This document shows, in pieces, positions 56,225-64,000 of a stretch of 64,000 nucleotides of DNA (positions are counted from its first letter, which is position 1; each line of letters opens with the position of its first letter). Origin of the DNA: Octopus vulgaris (Eukaryota); assembly GCA_951406725.2 (NCBI GenBank), contig OX597818.1, forward strand, positions 56,048,001-56,112,000. The letters are read 5' to 3'. The notes under the pieces are model-generated. The model was not told where the DNA came from, did no database searches, and saw only the letters and a program-made list of their open reading frames with translations. The position numbers and the translations under genes are program-made.

Positions 56225-56817
56225 GACTGGCTCCTATGCCAGTGGCACATAAAAAAGGACCCTCTACACTCTTGGAGTGGTTGGCATTAGGAAGGACATC
56301 CAGCTGCAGAAACATTGCCAGATCAGATTGGAGCCTGGTGCAGCTCACTGGCTTGCCAGTTCTCAGTCAATCCATCCAACCCATGCCAGCATGGAAAGTG
56401 GATGTTAAACGATGATGATGATGGCGCAGGAGTGGCTGTGTGGTAAGTAGCTTGCTAACCAACCACATGGTTCCGGGTTCAGTCCCACTGCGTGGCATCT
56501 TGGGCAAGTGTCTTCTGCTATAGCCCTGGGCCGATCAATGCCTTGTGAGTGGATTTGGTAGACGGAAACTGAAAGAAGCCTGTCGTATATATGTATATAT
56601 ATGTGTTTGTGTATCTGTGTTTGTCCCCCTAGCATTGCTTGACAACCGATGGTGGTGTGTTTACGTCCCCGTAACTTAGCGGTTCGGCAAAAGAGACCGA
56701 TAGAATAAGTACTGGGCTTACAAAAGAATAAGTCCTGGGGTCAAGTTGCTCGATTAGAGGCGGTGCTCCAGCATGGCCGCAGTCAAATGACTGAAACAAG
56801 TAAAAGAGTAAAAGAGT
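56225..56817 (+). mobile_element. SINE family D (56225-56422) directly followed by SINE family A (56423-56817)
   Basis: Family D (GAT)n tail abuts the GGCGCAGGAGTGG head. Confidence 0.85.
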
Positions 56818-57554
56818 ATGTGTGTGTGTACCCTAGTCTTGCCATCGTGAGCATCTCCATCATACGAGCCATGAAGGTTCATTTCCACTCTTCTGTGGAA
56901 AACATGTCCGGACGTCGGAAAATATCTTGCTTGGAAACAGGTGATGGTTGGCAACAGAAAGAGCATCCAGCCATAGAAAAGCAGCATCAACAAATTCTGT
57001 CTGACCCATGCAAGCATGGTGGGAAAAGTGGATGTTGAATGATTATCGTTAAGCATCATTATGGCTGCTGTTTTCTTCCCCCAACTCCTGCAACCTCTGA
57101 CCACATGTCATCTCTCTTGTCATCCCCTCATCAACTGCATCATCATTACTACCCTGTTGCTGCGCAACACTGCCCTTTTTTTTCTCATCCCTTTATCTTC
57201 CCCAACTCATGAACTACTGGCTGCTCCCCACCCCATTATTCATCACTATCTACAGCCCCCCCCTTAATCTTATCCAGTCATTACAGATGTTGTCTACTTC
57301 CTCCATTTCCCCCTATCTCTTGACCCCTACACTCTTGCAAACCCCCACCCACTCACATCTACTTTCTCTGTCTCCACTTCTGCATACTTCATACCCTAAG
57401 GCAGCATTCCTCAACCAGGGAACGAGGATTCCCCTGGAACCCTAGGGTTCCGTTAGAAAGAGTGAGATAAGCTAATGCTAATTTCATGATCTTAATATTA
57501 CTATATATGCATAACATATTATTAGTTATTGTAATATAGATATATACACACATA

Positions 57555-58105
57555 CACGAGGGTGAGTCAAAAAGTAATGCCATTTTGTTTAGGACAGGTA
57601 TAATTACCAACAGAGGAACATGTATCATACATCAAAATGAAGCTGGTCTTCTGTGGATCACAACATCCCTACTTCTCAACATAGTCACCATTTCTCTCAA
57701 TAGCAATGTTCCACCTTTGAATGAGAGCATGTATCCCTGCCCCGTAAAATTCTGTTGACTGTTCTTTGAGTCACTCTTCACTACAGTTTTACTTCCTGTC
57801 ACTAGAATAATTTTTGGCCCCATGAAAGAGGGCTTTGAGAGGCAAATATTATTCCAGTGACAAGGAAGTAAAACTGTAGTGAAGAAATGGCTCAAAGAAC
57901 AGTCAACAGAATTTTATGGGGCAGGATACATGCTCTCATTCAAAGGTGGAACATTGCTATTAAAAGAAATGGTGACTATGTTGAGAAGTAGGGATGTTGT
58001 GATCCACAGAGGACCAACTTCATTTTGATGTATGATACGTGTTCCTGTGTTGGTAATTATACCTGTCCAAAACAAAATGGCATTACTTTTTGACTCACCC
58101 TCGTG
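57555..58105. mobile_element. Foldback mariner-derived element made of two inverted 3' ends
   Basis: Ends CACGAGGGTGAGTCAAAAAGT with TA TSD; ~255-bp arms; right arm encodes a frameshifted mariner C-terminus (FGPMKEG...VKTVVKKWLKEQSTEFY...HALIQRWNIAIKRNGDYVEK*). Confidence 0.85.
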
Positions 58106-58145
58106 TATGTGTGTGTATATATATATAAATATATATATATATATA

Positions 58146-58373
58146 GGCGGTGAGCTGGCAGAAACGTTAGCATGCCGGGCGAAATGCGTAGCCGTATTTT
58201 GTCTGCTGCTACGTTTTGAGTTCAAATTCCGCCAAGGTCGACTTTGCCTTTCATCCTTTCGGGGTCGATAAATTAAGTACCAGTTACGCACTGGGGTCGA
58301 TATAATCGACTTAATCCGTTTGTCTGCCCTTGTTTGTCCCCTCTGTGTTTAGCCCCTTGTGTGTAGTAAAGAA

Positions 58374-58375
<2 letters not shown>
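58146..58375 (+). mobile_element. SINE family B
   Basis: Full match. Confidence 0.9.
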
Positions 58376-58410
<35 letters not shown>

Positions 58411-58571
58411 TTACATACACAAAGTTTTATCTGATATACATATAGATTTTTATCTGTCCAGAGTTTGTCGGCATTTTGAACTGAGTAAATGTATGCTTCA
58501 GTATATTAAAAGATTTCTAAAGATTTTCATCTCTATGCTGCTGTCTATTTTTTTTTTTTTCTCTTTAACAG

Positions 58572-58669
58572 AAGAACAATCCACAGAGTGTTGTATTAAT
58601 GTGCTTCGATTGTTACAGTCTTTGGTTTGTGAGGCCAGTATTCCTGTAATTCACCAGCTGAAAGAAGTG
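58572..58669 (+). CDS. Internal coding exon of a host gene (amphipathic helical, HEAT/ARM-like)
   Basis: Poly-T tract plus TTTAACAG acceptor, GTAAGT donor, open frame EQSTECCINVLRLLQSLVCEASIPVIHQLKEV. Confidence 0.75.
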
Positions 58670-58964
58670 GTAAGTCTTTTGTTGAATCTCAGAAAATAAA
58701 CCCACCCCATTACATCATGTACATAGTGGGGAGCCTTCATAGAACTCTTAGAAAATAAACAAAATTCAAATGATATTGCATTCCTAGGAGTAAAGACTTG
58801 TATGATTTTGGACAAAGCCTATAAGCAATTTTCTTGGATGGTTCTGTAAATAAAATTCCAAGATCAACATTAATACAAGGCACCCTTGCTTATTAATGTC
58901 TTTTGCATTTTCAGACCCCTACATGCTGTTTGGGGATCTTCACAAAATTCCAATTCTATTTCGT

Positions 58965-59136
58965 AAAAAGCACCCACTACACTCACGGAGTGGTTGGCGT
59001 TAGGAAGGGCATCCAGCTGTAGAAACATTGCCAGATAAGACTGGAACCTGGTGCAGCCTTCTGGCTTCCCAGATCCCCGGTCGAACCATCCAACCCATGC
59101 TAGCATGGAGAACAGACGTTAAATGATGATGATGAT
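58965..59136 (+). mobile_element. SINE family D 3' part
   Basis: GGAGTGGTTGGCGTTAGGAAGGGCATCCAGC...(GAT)n. Confidence 0.8.
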
Positions 59137-59181
59137 TTCATATTAAAGGAAAACAAAAAAAAATCTCTTCTTCAACATCAT

Positions 59182-59410
59182 TTAACCCTTTCGTTACCAA
59201 CCCAGCTGAAACCACCTCTGGCTCTGTAATACAAATGTCTTGTTTTCATAAGTTTTAAATTAAAATCTTCCACCAAACCTTAGTCACAATTTATGTTCCT
59301 AACACTAGCTTAATGATAACTTTAGTAAATTCTTTCGTTATATTTAAAATAATTGAAAGAACACAGAGCATCTCAAATTAAATATAGTAACGAAGTAATG
59401 AGAGGGTTCA
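59182..59410. mobile_element. piggyBac-like MITE
   Basis: Left TTAA-CCCTTTCGTTAC; right GTAACGAA...GAGGGTTCA (degenerate). Confidence 0.55.
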
Positions 59411-59809
59411 TATCCTTGTTCTGTGCTGGCATGGGTTGGACTGTGGTAGAATTTAATCAAGGCAAAACAGTGCAACTTGCTCTGTTGTCTACTTTGGCAT
59501 GGTCCCTACAGCTGGATCCTCTCCCTAATGCCAACTACTTTATGTAATGGATGTTTTTTTTTTTTCTTTGGTGCCACCTACATGTGTGAGGTTACCATGC
59601 ATCTTGCAAGACTATAAACCCTGGGAGAGAGGCAGTTTTATGTTAGAAGATGAGGGGGTTAAAACAGGGGGGGGGTAAGGAACCGGAGCAGAACAGATAT
59701 CTTGCTGCAGAGGTGCTACATGATTACTCACGCTTTAACAGAGGGTGAGGGTGATTGGGCTGGAGCTGGGAAGAGATAAAAATAGTGATTTAGTATCTGA
59801 TAGATCCTT

Positions 59810-60057
59810 CCTGAATCATATAGACTCATAGAGCCGGTTTCCTAATTCCTGCAGTACATATATCCCTCACCTCCCAGGCTGGGACACTAATCCTTCAGGG
59901 AATTACTCATTTTTGCCAGCTGAATGAACTGGAGCAATGTAGCAATGTGAAATGAAGTGTTTTGATCAAGAACACAATGCATTGCCCAGTGCGGGAATCG
60001 AAACCACAATCTTATGGTCATGAGTCCAACACCCTAACCACTAAGCCATGTGTCTCC
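59810..60057 (-). mobile_element. tRNA-head SINE, diverged
   Basis: Minus strand TGGCTTAGTGGTTAGGG A-box and GTTTTCGATTCCC B-box; body similar to 54170-54295. Confidence 0.6.
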
Positions 60058-60705
60058 CACAAACCAGGCACCTCCCATAAACCATTTGGTATCTGTGTGG
60101 ACCCTCAAGAATTGAATGGAAACAAAGAAACCAGAGGTGTGCATGGATAGAGGTTGGAAGAGTGCATGGGAGAGTAAGAGATGAGGAATAGGTGGGGGAT
60201 GCGAATATAATGAATGAAAAACAAGTATTGAGGGGTGGATAGAGGGTAGATGTACTGAATAGTGTATAAGGGGTGGGATGTGTCCAGTGATGCATAGGGA
60301 TGCAGAGCAGCAGAGTGGTAATGTTAAGAGAGTAGACAAAAGAAAGATGAGAGAGGCTGGGACACTGCCTTGAAGAATTTGTAGTCAAATGAATCGACCC
60401 CCATGACTTGTACGTTTTTTTTTTAAACCTGGTATCTATTCACTTTTGCTGAGCCACTAAGTTACAGGGACATAAACACACCAACAGTGGTTGTCAGGTG
60501 GTGGTGGGACACACACACACATCAGTATTCTTTTATATGTTTCAGCTTTGAGGCTTGGCCATGCTGGGGCATGAGTGATCCCTATTGATATCAACTGATC
60601 AGATAAATGGCAAATTCACCCTCATCATGATTTAAACTCAGAATGCAATGTGCTGTCATGAAATACAAGACATTTTATCTAATGCTTTAGGATTCTGGAC
60701 ATGCT

Positions 60706-60777
<72 letters not shown>

Positions 60778-61048
60778 GCGCCGCCTTGACTGGCTTTCAT
60801 GCTGGTGGCACGTAAAAAGCACCAACCAATCATGGCCATTGCCAGGCTCCCTGGCACCTGTGCCAGTGACATGTACAAAGCACCCACTACACTTACGGAG
60901 TGGTTGGCATTAGGAAGGGCATCCAGCTGTAGAAACACTGCCAGATCAGACTGGAGCCTGGTGCAGCCTCCTGGCTTCCCAGACCCCAGTCAAATCGTCC
61001 AACCCATGCTAGCATGGAAAACAGACGTTAGACGACGATGATGATGAT
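60778..61048 (+). mobile_element. SINE family D
   Basis: Same core and (GAT)n tail as the other family D copies. Confidence 0.8.
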
Positions 61049-61527
61049 ATATATATACACATTAGAATTCAGAGTGCTGAATATGAGAGTTAAGAAAGTA
61101 CAAGTAACAAATAATGTGAGGAAGAGAATAAAAGTATATTTGTGTATTTACTCTCATGGTTCATGGCTTAGTAGGAGCACAGTAGCAGGGCAAAAATTGT
61201 TCCCCTGTCAGGTGTATTATAATTGATGTGCAGAACATTTGGACTGTAATCAGACATAAATAAATGGTTTGTAAATTGAGAAGGGCAGCAATCGACAATT
61301 TTCCATGTGGAAAACCTAACTTTCTCACTCGAGAAACTTACAATGCTGAACTAATATGTTACAAAATGAAGGAACTAGTTTATGGGGATTATTGGCAATG
61401 TTCAATTGGTCTTCAATTTGTTATTTTAAAGAAATAAAACAAATCCTGGCTGAGTTTTTAGAGGCCAATGGTCAGTTATTTCTTTATGCCAATGATTTGG
61501 CATAAGTTATAATGAGAAATAATCTAT

Positions 61528-61680
61528 AGTAGCTGTGTGGTAGGAAGCTTGCTTCCCAACCACATGGTTCCAGGTTCAGTCTCACTATGGCATCTTGGGC
61601 AAGTGTCTTCTGCTATATAGCCTCAGGAAGACCAAGCCCTTGGGAGTAGATTTGGTAGATGGAAACTGAAAGAAGCCCGT

Positions 61681-61714
<34 letters not shown>

Positions 61715-62382
61715 GGCGCAGGAGTGGCTGTGTGGTAAGTAGCTTGTTTACCAACCACATGGTTCTGGGTTCAGTCCCACTGCGTGGCACCTTGGGCAAG
61801 TGTCTTCTGCTATATAGCCTCAGGAAGACCAAGCCCTTGTGAGCAGATTGGTGCAGATGGAAACTGGAAAGAAGCTCGTTGTGTATATATATATATATAT
61901 ATATATAGGCGCAGGAGTGGCTGTGTGGTAAGTAGCTTGTTTACCAACCACATAGTTCCAGGTTCAGTCTCACTATGCGTGGTACCTTGGGCAAGTGTCT
62001 TCTGCTATATAGCCTCAGGAAGACCCAAGCCCTTGTGAGTAGATTTGGTAGACGGAAACTGAAAGAAGCCCGTTGTGTATGTATATATATATATATATAT
62101 ATGTTTTTAGTGTGTGTGTGTTTGTCCCCCAACATCACTTGACAACTGATGTTGGTGTGTTTCAGTCTCCCCGTAACTTAGCAGTTTGGCAAAAGAGAGC
62201 CCGATAGGTATATATATATATATGTTTTTATGTGTGTGTACTTGGCTTACAAAGAACTAAGTCCTGGCAAAAAGAGTCCCGACATTTGTTCGACTAAAAT
62301 AAAAAGCTGATTTGTTCGATCTAAAAGCGGATACAGGCATCTAGCATGGCCACAGTCAAATGACTGAAACAAATAAAAGAAT
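61528..62382 (+). mobile_element. SINE family A with tandemly triplicated 5' half
   Basis: Heads at ~61528, 61715 and 61908 separated by (TA)n; single scrambled tail. Confidence 0.85.
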
Positions 62383-62663
62383 ACTATAGGCTATAGGCTT
62401 AGTATATGAGGAGGTGTTTATAATAAACCTGACTGACCAGAGGCATGCTGGCTGCAACCATCCTATCTTGTTACGGGTAACTAGGATTACATTATCTAAT
62501 GTGTCCTTTTGAGGTTTGATTTAGGGATTGTTTGATTACTTTACAGTAAAGACTTTATCATTGGTTCATCTGTGAAATGGCATTTTTGTGTGTAGTAGAA
62601 TTATATATTCATATATGACCCATGCTACCATAGAAAAATAGGCACTTACACATTGATAAGGTC

Positions 62664-62725
<62 letters not shown>

Positions 62726-63605
62726 CACACACTAGCCCAGGCTTATGCACTCAGAAAGTTTCTAGCTTAAATAAATCAAGCTGTGCTTTTTTGGAATGTA
62801 TAGAAAATAGTTTTATGATTAAAATATTAATTTGAACTGGTTATAATCATTAAAGCTCTTTATTGTTGCGAGGAAAGCCCAAGTTCGAGTTGGAAGTTAG
62901 TAAAAGGAAGTTTTAATTAAGTGGATATAGTTATAGTGAATGATGAAGGTGCCAAGAATGTTATCTTACAGGGTAATGAGACACAGGCAGTGAAAGTAGA
63001 GCACCTGCTACAGCTGGAACAAAGCAAAGTGAGAAGATCGTGTGAGATGTGCAGTATGAGTTTGATAGCTGAAATGAGTTTTGTCAGGGCAAGAAGATAG
63101 AAAATTAGTGGTATCAAATATTATCAGCATTGGAGAAGATAGCTGTAAACCGAGAGTTTGTAACGCTACTAACTGTAAAAGAAGAGGGTATAGAATAAAA
63201 AGTTTATAAAGCTAAGATGTGTGTATATAATAACTGTTGTAATCTAACATGTTAACCTCATCAATAATAGTTATGTGAACAGGACCCGATAACCATGTGT
63301 ACAGAGTAAGGAGTAATTAAATCTCATAATTAAGTCTAAAAATAATCAGTATATACATATATATACACACGCACACATACATTATGTATATATACACACG
63401 CACACATACATTATATATATATATACACACGCACACATACATTATTACATATATATACACACGCACACATACATTATATATATATACACATGCACACATA
63501 CATTATATATATATACACACGCACTCATACATTATATATATACACGCACTCATACATTATATATATATACACGCACACATTACATATACACACACACATA
63601 TATAT

Positions 63606-63638
<33 letters not shown>

Positions 63639-63902
63639 CATATATATATCATCATCATCATATATATATATATATATATACAAACACATACATTATATAT
63701 ACATACACATATACATACATACATACATACATATATACACACATATATTTATATATATGCAGAATCAGTATAGAGTCACTAGTTCAAACAATATTGTTTT
63801 CATTCTGTAAACAACGAAGCTGTGTGTGTAGGTGTGAAATGAACTTCAATTTAAAAACAATCAGTGGATTTCTTCAATCTCTCTCTCTGCTGCCAGTTTT
63901 GC

Positions 63903-63933
<31 letters not shown>

Positions 63934-63945
63934 TCCTTTTTGCAG

Positions 63946-64000
63946 GCTTTTAAAGCACATCTTTCATTCAGCAAATACCATCTGTCAATGTGCCCTAATC
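63946..64000 (+). CDS. Probable start of a further host exon (runs off the window)
   Basis: (CT)n tract plus CCTTTTTGCAG acceptor; open frames LLKHIFHSANTICQCALI or AFKAHLSFSKYHLSMCPN. Confidence 0.5.

Overview
Repeat-dense, AT-rich animal DNA, most likely a coleoid cephalopod (Octopus-like, inferred from the SINE families and microsatellite load; not database-confirmed). Almost all ORFs in the supplied track are microsatellite translations (TA, CA, TATG, GATA, AAT). The window is a mosaic of at least four SINE families, decayed LINE fragments (RTE, CR1, R4/Dong), a Penelope-like relic, mariner and maT copies, and several MITEs (Merlin-, pogo/Tigger-, Tc1-, piggyBac- and Helentron-like), with a 100-N gap at 50731-50830. 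Host-gene evidence is limited to two plus-strand exons near the right end and several tentative minus-strand exons. The most notable signal is a set of self-cleaving-ribozyme motifs read by eye: a ~490-bp near-perfect palindrome (595-1087) with a complete type I hammerhead on each strand, further hammerheads in (TA)n-flanked short elements (15551, 20259, 34480, degenerate 43359), and an HDV-like fold at the 5' end of a bipartite RTE element (3074). SINE tails can also be matched to partner LINE 3' ends present in the same window. All folds and family calls were made manually and need computational confirmation.
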